NCBI GenBank assembly: GCA_002470825.1
Contig: DKOR01000018.1
Coordinates: 120,482-184,481, forward strand
Direction: 5' to 3'
DNA length: 64,000 nt
Origin: Thiotrichaceae bacterium UBA7357
GTDB lineage: Bacteria; Pseudomonadota; Gammaproteobacteria; Eutrophobiales; Eutrophobiaceae
Shown one piece after another: positions 39,267 to 50,599 of this stretch (position 1 is the first letter of the stretch; every line of letters starts with the position of its first letter). The notes under the pieces are model-generated. The model did not search any database, had not been told where the DNA came from, and saw nothing but the letters and a program-made list of their open reading frames with translations. The translations under genes were made by a program, and so were the position numbers.

Positions 39267-40448
39267 ATGAATATTATAAATCGTTGGTTACTTCCCGAAG
39301 GTGTTGAAGAGATTCTGCCTCCGAAGGCGATAGAACTTGAAAATCTTTGCAGAACAATAATTGATCTATTTTCATCATGGGGCTATGAACTTGTTATTCC
39401 GCCTATGGTTGAATACCTAGAATCTTTACTCACAGGGACTGGTGGAGATCTAGACTTAAAAACATTTAAATTGACTGATCAGTTGAATGGTCGTTTGATG
39501 GGTATTCGTGCAGATATAACTCCACAAGTTGCACGTATAGATGCGCATTTATTGAAAAGAGATACGCCTACTCGTCTTAGTTATCTCGGTTCAGTACTAC
39601 ATACACGTCCTGGTAAGTCCGGCGAAACACGTGCACCATTGCAAGTGGGCGCTGAACTTTACGGTCATTCGGGCGCAGCAAGTGATATTGAAATAGTTAA
39701 ACTAATGCTGGCAACGTTGAAGCAGGTGGGTATTAACAAAACGTATATTGATATTGGTCATATTGGTATTTTTAGAACATTAAGTACTGACTCTTCATTG
39801 AGCCCTTTTCAACTCGAACAAGTGTTTGAAGCCTTACAAAGAAAAGCCAAAAACGAATTAAAATGTCTACTAAAAGAATGGGGTATTACTAACGCGGCTA
39901 GTAAAGCATTAGTTGAGATTGTCGACTTGAATGGAGATATAACAGTGTTAGATGAGGCTAAAAAATTATTGGCTAAAACTTCTCCTGATAGTTTGCAATA
40001 TCTTGATGAAATCAAAGCATTGACTCAGTCAATAGCTGGACAGTCGGGAGTATCTATTAATGTCGATTTAGCTGAGTTACGTGGTTACCACTATCATACC
40101 GGTATGGTCTATACCGCTTTTGTTCCTGGTGAGGGTGAGGGTATAGCATTTGGTGGACGATATGATGATATTGGTAGTGCCTTTGGACGTGCAAGACCCG
40201 CAACAGGATTTAGTGCAGACGTTAAATCTTTGTTAAAACAACAGAGTATATCTAAGAGAACACCTTCAAATATTTTTGCTCCACTATCATCAGACATGGC
40301 ATTAAATGAAAAAATAAATGGACTTCGCAAAAGCGGTAAAATTGTCATTGAAGAGTTAGAAGGACAACAAGCTTCAGCACGCGAAATGAATTGCGATCAG
40401 CAACTATCATTTGTAAATGGCGAGTGGGTCGTTGAAGACATAAAATGA
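39267..40448 (+). CDS. hisZ: ATP phosphoribosyltransferase regulatory subunit HisZ (HisRS paralogue)
   Basis: 393 aa class-II aaRS-like protein without an anticodon-binding domain (GVEEILPP...GIRADITPQVAR; GGRYD). Confidence 0.8.
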   Translation: MNIINRWLLPEGVEEILPPKAIELENLCRTIIDLFSSWGYELVIPPMVEYLESLLTGTGGDLDLKTFKLTDQLNGRLMGIRADITPQVARIDAHLLKRDTPTRLSYLGSVLHTRPGKSGETRAPLQVGAELYGHSGAASDIEIVKLMLATLKQVGINKTYIDIGHIGIFRTLSTDSSLSPFQLEQVFEALQRKAKNELKCLLKEWGITNAASKALVEIVDLNGDITVLDEAKKLLAKTSPDSLQYLDEIKALTQSIAGQSGVSINVDLAELRGYHYHTGMVYTAFVPGEGEGIAFGGRYDDIGSAFGRARPATGFSADVKSLLKQQSISKRTPSNIFAPLSSDMALNEKINGLRKSGKIVIEELEGQQASAREMNCDQQLSFVNGEWVVEDIK

Positions 40449-40451
40449 TGA

Positions 40452-41753
<1,302 letters not shown>

Positions 41754-42154
41754 ATAAGTCTTTTATCTGAGCGTAGATTTAAAAAAATTATGTTTTCATT
41801 GCTGAAAAGAGCTGGCTATTGTAATCCTATTTTGCTCTCTTAATTATAAATAGATATCGACGTTATTTTATTAGCTTTACACTTTAATCATTTTTTTAAA
41901 GCTTATGTCTTCTTCAATATTATTATCATTTACAGTGACTCCTTCGAGAGACTCTCAATTAAAGGTACAGGTAATAACCATTAATGATGTTATGTTTTTT
42001 TTAATCATTGAATTTACTAAGTCGCTATTCCTCTTCTTGCGTAAGTTTCAAAAACCAGGAGAAATTGATGTTTAAAACCCCCATAAATAACTCAGTTCAG
42101 TATGATAACTTTTTCTATGGAAAATCTTCGAAATAGTGCTGTGGGATATCTCAA

Positions 42155-43462
42155 ATGAAAATGTTATTCAATTATTCGGGATTTTTACCTTATATCGTTG
42201 TAGTCTTTTTAAATGCATTTGTTGACCTTGGCCATAAAATAATTATTCAGAATACGATTTTTAAAATTTATGATGGTCAGGAACAAATAATTTTAACTGC
42301 AATCGTTAATGCTTTAATACTAATACCTTTCGTATTACTCGTCTCTCCAGTAGGGTTTTGTTCTGATAAGCTTCCAAAAAACAAAGTCATGCTGATTAGC
42401 GCTTGGGCCGCTATTGGTATCACCCTATGCATTACTTTATTTTATTATCTGGGTTGGTTTTGGCCGGCTTTTGTGATGACCTTTGTTCTTGCATTACAAA
42501 GTGCATTTTATTCTCCAGCAAAATATGGATATATTAAAGAGATGGTCGGCAATAATAATCTGGCTAGAGCGAATGGATTAGTTCAAGCGACGACGACGGT
42601 TGCTATTCTCTCGAGTATCTTTGTATTCTCAATATTTTTTGAAGTGTTCTTGATCGGTACGAAATATAATGATACTTCTTCATTGCTGATTAATATTGCA
42701 CCAATTGGTTGGAGCCTAGTGGTATTAAGTATTATTGAGTTAGGTCTCGCCTATAAGTTGCCTCAGAAATATGCAGTTGATGCTGAGATGAAGTTTGAAG
42801 TGAAAAAATATATTAGCGGTCAATATTTAAAATCGAATATGCGCGCTGTTCTTGGTCATGAAACTATATTTTTATCAATTATTGGTCTGGCAATATTCTG
42901 GGCGATATCACAAGTGATCTTGGCTATATTTCCCACCTACGTTAAGGAAACATTGAGCATTACTAACACCATTATTATTCAAGGAATTTTAGCCTGCTCT
43001 GGTATGGGTATTATGTTAGGTTCAATTATTGCTGGACGTTTATCAAAAACACGTATAGAAACTGGTTTAATCCCAGTCGGCTCAATTGGCATTACGTTTT
43101 GTCTATTAATCTTGCCAGCACTGAGCAATGTCTATCTGCAAGCGATACTCTTTTTTGGATGGGGGATATTTGGTGGTTTTATATTAATACCGTTAAACTC
43201 ACTGATACAATTTCATGCTGAAAAGAATGAACTTGGCCGAATACTTGCGAGTAGTAATTTGATTCAAAATACAGTGATGTTGATCTTTCTGGGATTGACA
43301 GTGTTATTTGCTTTGTATGGAATCAATAGCCTTACGTTGTTTCATATATTGTCTGTCGTTGCCATCCTTGGGACGTTTTATACTGTCTACAAATTACCGC
43401 AATCATTCGCCCAATTTATTGCTAATCACGTAATCGTTAATGTATTCAGGCCTAAAATTTGA
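42155..43462 (+). CDS. lplT: MFS-type lysophospholipid transporter LplT-like
   Basis: 435 aa with 12 predicted TM helices. It aligns by eye with E. coli LplT at YSPAKYGYI, NGL..AT..AIL and IPLNSLIQ. Confidence 0.65.
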   Translation: MKMLFNYSGFLPYIVVVFLNAFVDLGHKIIIQNTIFKIYDGQEQIILTAIVNALILIPFVLLVSPVGFCSDKLPKNKVMLISAWAAIGITLCITLFYYLGWFWPAFVMTFVLALQSAFYSPAKYGYIKEMVGNNNLARANGLVQATTTVAILSSIFVFSIFFEVFLIGTKYNDTSSLLINIAPIGWSLVVLSIIELGLAYKLPQKYAVDAEMKFEVKKYISGQYLKSNMRAVLGHETIFLSIIGLAIFWAISQVILAIFPTYVKETLSITNTIIIQGILACSGMGIMLGSIIAGRLSKTRIETGLIPVGSIGITFCLLILPALSNVYLQAILFFGWGIFGGFILIPLNSLIQFHAEKNELGRILASSNLIQNTVMLIFLGLTVLFALYGINSLTLFHILSVVAILGTFYTVYKLPQSFAQFIANHVIVNVFRPKI

Positions 43463-43755
43463 AGGATATTTTGAAACTAAGGTGTTTTATCATTGAGTAG
43501 TTACTTCAGTCACATCGACTAGTAACTGTCATGGACATATGAGTGATCCTTCAGGATTGACTCTGTACTCTTATATTTTTGTTACTTCCCGTTTTATATC
43601 GCTTACTTATGTTATCTTTATGTACTCCATATGAAATATTTGTCATTGTGTCTATTAGGATGACTTCTTTTGTGAGCTTGTAAATCAGAGTATAAGAAAC
43701 CGATAAAAGGCAAATTTCAACTAACATACTAAAATAGTATTAAAATACAAAGGTC

Positions 43756-45927
43756 ATGAGTAAAAAATCAAAATCCCAAACATCTCTAAATAAGGTATTC
43801 AAGTTACCAGAACGGGAAGCGATCTTGATATTCTTACGTGAAGCGCAGCGACCACAGAAGCGTAAGCAATTTGCGGAGGCTTTCGCCATACGCGATCCGG
43901 AAACTCGAAGAGCATTAGGACGTAGACTTAAAGCGATGGAACGTGATGGCCAATTGATTCGTAATCGTCGTGGTAGTTATGGATTGATTGAAAAAATGGA
44001 TTTGATAAAAGGTCGCGTTATTGGACATTCGGATGGTTATGGTTTTGTTGCTCCAGATGAAGGTGGAAAAGATCTTTATTTATCAGGAAAAGAGATGCGA
44101 AGCATTTTAAATGGCGACCGCGTTTTAGTACGCCAAGTGAGTGTAGATAAACAGGGTAAACGTGAAGGTGCGTTAGTGGAAATCCTAGAACGCGCTAACA
44201 CACAGTTGGTGGGACGTTATTATAAAGATGACGGTATTGCTTATGTCGTCCCTGATAATAAACGTATAAATCAGAATTTGTTAGTGCCGCCAAATAATAA
44301 AAATAAAGCAAAGCATGGGCAATATGTAGTCGCTAAAATTGTGCATCAACCTGGAAAGTATAGACAACCGATAGGAGAGATTTTAAGTGTTATCGGTGAT
44401 GGTCTTGATACTAACATGGCAGTGTCTATTGCTATTAGAAGCTATGACTTACCATTTGAATGGTCGAAGGGCGTCGATAATGAGATAGTAGGGTTAACAG
44501 AGAAAGTCGATTCGAATAATATTTCCGATAGAATTGATTATCGTGACATACCCTTCGTCACTATTGATGGTGAAGATGCGAGAGATTTTGATGATGCTGT
44601 TTTCTGCCAAAAAAATGATAATAAAAAAGAGATTAGCTGGCGTTTATTGGTTGCGATTGCAGATGTCTCTAACTATGTAAAAAAAGAAAGTGAACTTGAT
44701 GATGAGGCACGCTTGCGAGGCACCTCAGTTTATTTTCCTGATCGAGTTATTCCTATGTTACCAGAGGTTTTATCGAATGGTTTATGTTCGCTTAAGCCTC
44801 ATGTTGATCGGTATAGTTTAGTTTGCGAATTAAACATTGATAATAGTGGGAAAGTCAAAGATTTCTCTTTCTACAAGGGGATTATTAAATCAGTTGCACG
44901 TTTAACTTATACGGAAATGTCTGCAATTGTTGTTGATAAAGATAGTGATGTCAGAAAGAAATATAATGCAATTGTATCTCATCTCGATGATCTATATCAG
45001 CTATATGAGTTGTTACATGAGGAGCGAAAAAGACAAGGCCTAATTGATTTCTCTTCACATGAATCGCGATTTGAATTTAATGATGCAGGTGATATCAAGA
45101 CTATTCATACGGTTAAAAGAAATGAAGCGCATCGTTTAATTGAAGAAATGATGTTGATAGCTAATGTTGCAGCCGGTGAGTTTCTTGAAAAAAATGAAGT
45201 TTCAACAATGTATCGTATACACGAAACGCCTAAGTTAGAAAAACTTGAGAATGTTAGGTCATTATTGTTGCAACTGGGTTTATCATTAGATGGTGGTGAT
45301 AAACCTTCATCTAAAGATTATACAAAGTTGATGGATATCATTAAAAAACGTGATGATGCACAAATGCTGGAAACAGTTTTGTTGAGAAGTATGCCACTTG
45401 CGTCCTACAGCATGGTGAATAAAGGTCATTTTGGTTTGGGTTTTCCAGTCTATGCGCATTTCACATCACCTATAAGACGCTATCCTGATTTAATGGTGCA
45501 TAGAGCGATAGCGCATATGATAAAAGGTGATGCTGCCACAACATTTAGTTACTCCTCACAACAAGTCTTGGAATTGGCTGAACATTGTTCAATGACCGAG
45601 CGACGTGCTGAAGAAGCATCGCGTGATTCTATACAGCGACTCAAGTGCGCATTTATGGAAGATAAAGTGGGTGAAATGTTCAGTGGCATAGTAAGTTCGG
45701 TCACGTCATTTGGTCTATTTGTTATAATCGATGACATGTATGTTGAAGGTTTGATTCATATTAGTAATCTACCTGTTGATTATTATCACTTTGATGAAAT
45801 TACACATACTTTAGCTGGAGAACGCGGTGGTAAGGTTTTCAAGCTAGGACAGAAACTTGATGTGTTAGTCGCTCGAGTTGACTTGGAAGAGCGTAAAATA
45901 GACTTTCAGCTAAAAGAAAATGAATAA
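43756..45927 (+). CDS. rnr: Ribonuclease R
   Basis: 723 aa with an RNB domain (HFGLGFPVYAHFTSPIRRYPDLMVHR), cold-shock domains and a C-terminal S1 domain. Confidence 0.95.
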   Translation: MSKKSKSQTSLNKVFKLPEREAILIFLREAQRPQKRKQFAEAFAIRDPETRRALGRRLKAMERDGQLIRNRRGSYGLIEKMDLIKGRVIGHSDGYGFVAPDEGGKDLYLSGKEMRSILNGDRVLVRQVSVDKQGKREGALVEILERANTQLVGRYYKDDGIAYVVPDNKRINQNLLVPPNNKNKAKHGQYVVAKIVHQPGKYRQPIGEILSVIGDGLDTNMAVSIAIRSYDLPFEWSKGVDNEIVGLTEKVDSNNISDRIDYRDIPFVTIDGEDARDFDDAVFCQKNDNKKEISWRLLVAIADVSNYVKKESELDDEARLRGTSVYFPDRVIPMLPEVLSNGLCSLKPHVDRYSLVCELNIDNSGKVKDFSFYKGIIKSVARLTYTEMSAIVVDKDSDVRKKYNAIVSHLDDLYQLYELLHEERKRQGLIDFSSHESRFEFNDAGDIKTIHTVKRNEAHRLIEEMMLIANVAAGEFLEKNEVSTMYRIHETPKLEKLENVRSLLLQLGLSLDGGDKPSSKDYTKLMDIIKKRDDAQMLETVLLRSMPLASYSMVNKGHFGLGFPVYAHFTSPIRRYPDLMVHRAIAHMIKGDAATTFSYSSQQVLELAEHCSMTERRAEEASRDSIQRLKCAFMEDKVGEMFSGIVSSVTSFGLFVIIDDMYVEGLIHISNLPVDYYHFDEITHTLAGERGGKVFKLGQKLDVLVARVDLEERKIDFQLKENE

Positions 45928-46669
45928 AAGAATAGATCGAATTTTTGGTTTGCATGCTGTTAAGCAAGTTTTAGAGAATGCACCTGAAACGATTTTGAAT
46001 GCATCAATACAAGAATCAATTCAATCTGAATCGGTGAGTTCGCTTCGTGAATTGCTTAATAAGCTAGGCGTTTCGATTCAAATAGTCCCACGTGTTGCAC
46101 TAAATAGAATGGTTAAAAATCAGAATCATCAAGGCATCCTCTTAGAGGTACAAAAGAAGACTAAAAAAACGGAACGTGATCTTGACGACATTTTGGCACA
46201 AAACCAAGATGCTAACCCGCTCTATTTAATTCTCGACTCAATTCAAGATCCTCATAACCTTGGAGCCTGTATTCGAACTGCTAATGCGGTAGGTGTCACA
46301 GCAGTGATTATCCCTAATGACCGTGCCGCCAATATAAATGAGACAGTACGTAAAGTGGCAAGCGGTGCGGTAGAGAATGTTGTCGTTGTTAATGTTGTGA
46401 ATCTAGTGCGTGCGATAAAGAAAATAAAAGAATCTGGTGTCTGGGTTGTGGGTACCACCGGTGATACTGAACAATCAATCTATGCCCTTGATTTAAAGAT
46501 ACCAACTGCCATTGTAATGGGCGGTGAAGGCAAAGGCATGCGCGATTCGGTACAAAAGGAATGCGATTATGTTGCATCCATACCTATTAACGGTCAGGTC
46601 GGAAGTCTTAATGTATCAGTCGCGGCAGGCGTTGTCTTATACGAAGTTATTAGACAACGAGGAACCTGA
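45920..46669 (+). CDS. rlmB: 23S rRNA (guanosine-2'-O)-methyltransferase RlmB (SpoU family)
   Basis: 249 aa with the SpoU_sub_bind and SpoU methylase motifs (DPHNLGA; GGEGKGMR). rnr-rlmB synteny. Confidence 0.9.
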   Translation: MNKRIDRIFGLHAVKQVLENAPETILNASIQESIQSESVSSLRELLNKLGVSIQIVPRVALNRMVKNQNHQGILLEVQKKTKKTERDLDDILAQNQDANPLYLILDSIQDPHNLGACIRTANAVGVTAVIIPNDRAANINETVRKVASGAVENVVVVNVVNLVRAIKKIKESGVWVVGTTGDTEQSIYALDLKIPTAIVMGGEGKGMRDSVQKECDYVASIPINGQVGSLNVSVAAGVVLYEVIRQRGT

Positions 46670-46709
46670 AGCTCAATAAGCGAGTTTTAAAATACAAAAA
46701 TAGCAATGA

Positions 46710-46739
46710 TTGACTATTTTAAACTGATTCTTGTAATTT
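46710..46739 (+). promoter_or_regulatory. Candidate sigma70 promoter for the rpsF operon
   Basis: TTGACT at 46710..46715, then 17-18 nt, then GTAATT/TAATTT at 46733..46739. This lies ~120 nt upstream of the rpsF ATG, leaving a leader that could hold the S6:S18 autoregulatory structure. Confidence 0.3.
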
Positions 46740-46857
46740 CCGTCCGCATCGCATTGCAGTAGTTAATCCAATCCATTAGAATCCACTCGCTTTACATTTA
46801 CAGATCCTTGCTTCACCTTGAAATAATAGGGAGGCTAATAAACCTTGGGGATAGACA

Positions 46858-47346
46858 ATGAGACACTACGAAATTGTATTTTTGGTTCATCCGGACCAGA
46901 GCGAACAAGTTTCTGCGATGATTGATCGCTATAAGAACATAATCACGAGTAATAACGGTATAATCCATCGTCTGGAAGATTGGGGTCGTCGACTACTGGC
47001 ATATCCAATTAATAAAATTCATAAGGCACACTACGTGCTTATGAACATCGAATGTGATGCCGAATCGTTAAATCAATTAACAGATGGTTTTCGATTTAAC
47101 GATGCAGTTATCCGTAATCTGATTATCAAAAAAGATGAAGCTGTTACTGAGGCATCTCTCTTGGTCAAAATCAGGGATGAAGAAGATTCGCGACCCAAAC
47201 CTACCGCGATAGCTAAAAAATCGGCAGTAATCGCTGAAGAGCTGGTTCCTGTAGAAACTGCAGTTGTTGAAGAATTAGTTTCAGCTGAACCTATTCCCAC
47301 GGGCGAAGAAACTAACCAGAACGAAACAGCCGATAAACCTGAATAA
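46858..47346 (+). CDS. rpsF: 30S ribosomal protein S6 with extended acidic C-terminal tail
   Basis: 162 aa: [18 protein letters not shown]... S6 fold followed by a ~50 aa Glu/Pro/Val-rich tail. Confidence 0.95.
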   Translation: MRHYEIVFLVHPDQSEQVSAMIDRYKNIITSNNGIIHRLEDWGRRLLAYPINKIHKAHYVLMNIECDAESLNQLTDGFRFNDAVIRNLIIKKDEAVTEASLLVKIRDEEDSRPKPTAIAKKSAVIAEELVPVETAVVEELVSAEPIPTGEETNQNETADKPE

Positions 47347-47372
47347 GAAGATTAAATTGAGAGGAATATAAA

Positions 47373-47597
47373 ATGGCTCGTTATTTTAAACGTAAAAGAT
47401 TTTGCAGGTTTACAGCAGACGGTGTTAAAGAGATTGATTATAAAGATCTCAATACATTAAAGAATTATGTGTCTGAAAATGGAAAGATTGTTCCAAGTCG
47501 GATTTCAGGTACCAAAGCTCGTTACCAAAGACAGTTATCAACTGCAATCAAGCGTGCGCGCTACCTTGCTTTGATTCCTTATTGTGATGCGCATTAA
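47373..47597 (+). CDS. rpsR: 30S ribosomal protein S18
   Basis: 74 aa: ...[16 protein letters not shown]...RISGT.A..QRQL..AIKRAR.LAL.PY. Confidence 0.95.
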   Translation: MARYFKRKRFCRFTADGVKEIDYKDLNTLKNYVSENGKIVPSRISGTKARYQRQLSTAIKRARYLALIPYCDAH

Positions 47598-47702
47598 ACT
47601 AGACGAATTGAAGTATAAATAGCTCATATTCATCTAGGTTATAGGTGAGTGTATTGAATTTGAAAACCAACTGTAAATCGTTCAATCAGTAGTTATCACT
47701 AA

Positions 47703-48605
47703 ATGTTAGGTAAGTATATATTGAGTGGCAAATCTCAGGCAATCACTGCTACAACGGTGAGTACTCTGGTTTCGTTGTTATTGCCACCGCTTGCCTTTCT
47801 AATATGCGGGTCTGTGGTCGCTTTGATGACTCTCAGGAAAGGAGTTACTGTAGTACTGCAAATATTAGCGGCGAGTTTGATAATGTTAATGGCATTTTCA
47901 TTACTTGTGAATTTACCAATAAAATTGGTTCTTGTTTATATATTTATCATTTGGATCCCTGCTTGGTCAGTAGCGATGATTCTTCGTTTTTTTGAACAGC
48001 AAGGTTTACTATTAGTTGCAGTAGGTTTATTAGCAACAATGTTAATTGTTGCCATATACCTAGTTGTTGGTGATGTTTCTGGATGGTGGGAACAATGGCT
48101 GACTGTCATGATAGAGAAGACAGTGCCTCCAGAAAATATTAGCCAATATAAAGAATTATTAGAACCTGCGGTTGATATGGTCAATGGAATGATGATCGCT
48201 GGTTTTATGTTGAATGTAATTATGAGTGTCCTGTTTGCTAGGTGGTGGCAATCAAGATTATTCAACCCGGGCGCATTTCAAAAGGAGTTTTATGCGCTGA
48301 GGTTGCCATCGGAAATATTGCCAGTAAGTGGATTGGCTATATTGTTGCTATTGATGATAAGTGAGCAATGGCAAGACTTGTTTAGAGATATTGTGTTTGT
48401 CTTAATATTGATGTATCTAATACAGGGGATTTCATCAGTACATCGAAACGTTGATAAATTAATGTTATCAACGGCATGGATTGTCTCGATGTATTGTTTG
48501 TTGATACTTTTGCCGCAAATGGGGTTATTTATAGCATGTTTGGGTATGACTGAAGTTTATATTAGTTGGCATAGAAGAAAATTTGGCTCGAAAACTAAAT
48601 TGTGA
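47703..48605 (+). CDS. Polytopic membrane protein, DUF2232 (YybS-like)
   Basis: 300 aa with ~7 TM helices. It occupies the position between rpsR and rplI that YybS holds in Firmicutes. Confidence 0.55.
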   Translation: MLGKYILSGKSQAITATTVSTLVSLLLPPLAFLICGSVVALMTLRKGVTVVLQILAASLIMLMAFSLLVNLPIKLVLVYIFIIWIPAWSVAMILRFFEQQGLLLVAVGLLATMLIVAIYLVVGDVSGWWEQWLTVMIEKTVPPENISQYKELLEPAVDMVNGMMIAGFMLNVIMSVLFARWWQSRLFNPGAFQKEFYALRLPSEILPVSGLAILLLLMISEQWQDLFRDIVFVLILMYLIQGISSVHRNVDKLMLSTAWIVSMYCLLILLPQMGLFIACLGMTEVYISWHRRKFGSKTKL

Positions 48606-48664
48606 AACGAGTCAGCTTGTAAAGAATCTGTTATTATAAAATTGTTATCAATTGAGGTGATTTG

Positions 48665-49117
48665 ATGGACGTAATTTTACTTGAAAAAGTACACAAACTC
48701 GGTGAACTAGGTGATCAGGTCAAGATCAAACCTGGTTTTGGTAGAAATTATCTTATACCAAGTGGTAAAGCCATTTTTGCTACAGCAGATAACATAGCTA
48801 AATTTGATGCCCGAAGAACTGAATTGGAAAAAAGTCAAAAAGAATCGTTAAACGCGGCAAATGCTCGTGCTGATAAATTAAATTTAGTGAATATTTCTAT
48901 TGTACGTAAAGCAGGAGCTGAAGGTAAATTATTTGGTTCGGTTGGTACTATAGATATTGCTGATACAGTTACCGAATCTGGTGTTGAATTGGCTAAGCAT
49001 GAAATTAGGTTGCCTGATGGACCGATACGTAGCACGGGTGAATTTGAAGTTGTTATTCATCTTCATGCTGATATTGCTGCTAAAATCAAGGTGAATGTTG
49101 TTCCAGAAGAAGATTAA
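48665..49117 (+). CDS. rplI: 50S ribosomal protein L9
   Basis: MDVILLEKVHKLGELGDQVKIKPGFGRNYLIP; the ORF opens one codon earlier, at 48662. Confidence 0.9.
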   Translation: MDVILLEKVHKLGELGDQVKIKPGFGRNYLIPSGKAIFATADNIAKFDARRTELEKSQKESLNAANARADKLNLVNISIVRKAGAEGKLFGSVGTIDIADTVTESGVELAKHEIRLPDGPIRSTGEFEVVIHLHADIAAKIKVNVVPEED

Positions 49118-49195
49118 TTTTTTATTTAGCTTAATAATTTAATTTAATTTTTTTGACTATTTATTTGGATCGATTTTCGATCCAGGGAATTGTTT

Positions 49196-50599
49196 ATGCA
49201 GGAATCGATACATACATCTTTATCGAGTGATGCTGAGACTCTGGCATTAAAAATTCCGCCGCATTCTATAGAAGCAGAACAAGCCGTTTTAGGCGGAGCA
49301 TTTCTCGATAAAGAAGCATGGGATAAGGTCGTTGAGCGCGTCCGCGAAGAAGATTTTTACCGAAAAGACCATCGTATTATTTTTCGTGCTATAAGTGCTC
49401 TCAGTGAAGATGGACAGCCCTATGATATTGTTACGGTTGCAGAATGGTTGGAAAACCACCAGTTACTCGATGAAGCTGGAGGTATGCGCAACCTTGCAGC
49501 TCTTGCTGAAAACACGCCGAGTGCAAGTAATATCAGTGCTTATGCTGATATTGTTCGTAAACGCTCTATTCTCAGACAATTGATCAGCGCCACAACTGAT
49601 ATCAATGATACTGTTTTTAATCCTCAGGGACGCAGCAGTGAACAAATCCTCGAATTCGCTGAACAGACGGTTTTTGAAATCGCAGAAAATGAAAGTCGTG
49701 GTCGAAAAAGCTATCAAGAAATCAAAGAATTTTTGAAAGAAGCTCTGAACAGAGTTGATGAATTGTTTCATAAAGATAGTCCCATCACTGGAATAGCAAC
49801 AGGTTACGACGATCTTGATTTAAAGACAGCAGGATTTCAGCGTTCGGACTTGATTATCGTTGCTGGTAGACCTTCCATGGGAAAGACCGCTTTTGCGGTA
49901 AACATAGCAGAAAATGCAGCAATAAAAGGAGAGCATAGTGTTGCTATATTTAGTATGGAAATGCCAGGTGAGCAACTCGCTATGCGTATGATGTCTTCCC
50001 TAGGCAGGATTGATCAACATAAGGTTCGTACAGGAAAACTGGAAGATGATGATTGGCCTCGGTTAACATCAGCAGTTGGAATGTTACAAGAAACGCGTAT
50101 GTTTATTGACGATACACCTGCTTTAACGCCAGCTGAATTGAGAGCGCGATGTCGTCGTATTTCAAGGGAGTCTGGACTCGATCTTGTTGTTGTCGATTAT
50201 TTACAATTGATGCAAGTAGCGGGCACAAATGAGAATCGTGCAACAGAAATTTCAGAAATATCACGCTCACTAAAAGCGATGGCAAAAGAACTTAAAGTGC
50301 CTGTTATCGCATTATCTCAGTTAAATCGAAGTCTTGAATCACGTACGGATCGAAGACCTGTTATGTCTGATTTACGTGAATCAGGAGCGATTGAACAAGA
50401 TGCTGATGTTATTTTGTTTATTTATCGAGATGAAGTTTATGATGAAGAGAGTAATGATAAAGGCATTGCAGAAATAATTATAAGTAAACAACGTAACGGC
50501 CCAATAGGAAAAGTTAAACTGGCTTTTAGAGGGCAATACACACGGTTTGAAAATTTAGCAGATGATTACATTCATTCTTCTTCTGGATTTTCTGAATGA
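49196..50599 (+). CDS. dnaB: Replicative DNA helicase DnaB
   Basis: LKIPPHSIEAEQAVLGG N-terminal domain, Walker A GRPSMGKTAFA and RecA-like motifs. ATG at 49196 with an AGGGA RBS; the six-frame ORF begins at a TTG at 49190. Confidence 0.95.
   Translation: MQESIHTSLSSDAETLALKIPPHSIEAEQAVLGGAFLDKEAWDKVVERVREEDFYRKDHRIIFRAISALSEDGQPYDIVTVAEWLENHQLLDEAGGMRNLAALAENTPSASNISAYADIVRKRSILRQLISATTDINDTVFNPQGRSSEQILEFAEQTVFEIAENESRGRKSYQEIKEFLKEALNRVDELFHKDSPITGIATGYDDLDLKTAGFQRSDLIIVAGRPSMGKTAFAVNIAENAAIKGEHSVAIFSMEMPGEQLAMRMMSSLGRIDQHKVRTGKLEDDDWPRLTSAVGMLQETRMFIDDTPALTPAELRARCRRISRESGLDLVVVDYLQLMQVAGTNENRATEISEISRSLKAMAKELKVPVIALSQLNRSLESRTDRRPVMSDLRESGAIEQDADVILFIYRDEVYDEESNDKGIAEIIISKQRNGPIGKVKLAFRGQYTRFENLADDYIHSSSGFSE

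Noticed and set aside
41754-42154. 400-bp spacer after purA with a 57-codon ORF (MSSSILLSFTVTPSRDSQLKVQVITINDVMFF...). Considered as a small protein gene, or as the NsrR-type regulator seen at this position in E. coli.
   Set aside because: Too short and too featureless for NsrR/Rrf2 (no HTH, no Cys triad). No RBS. Treated as non-coding leader for lplT.
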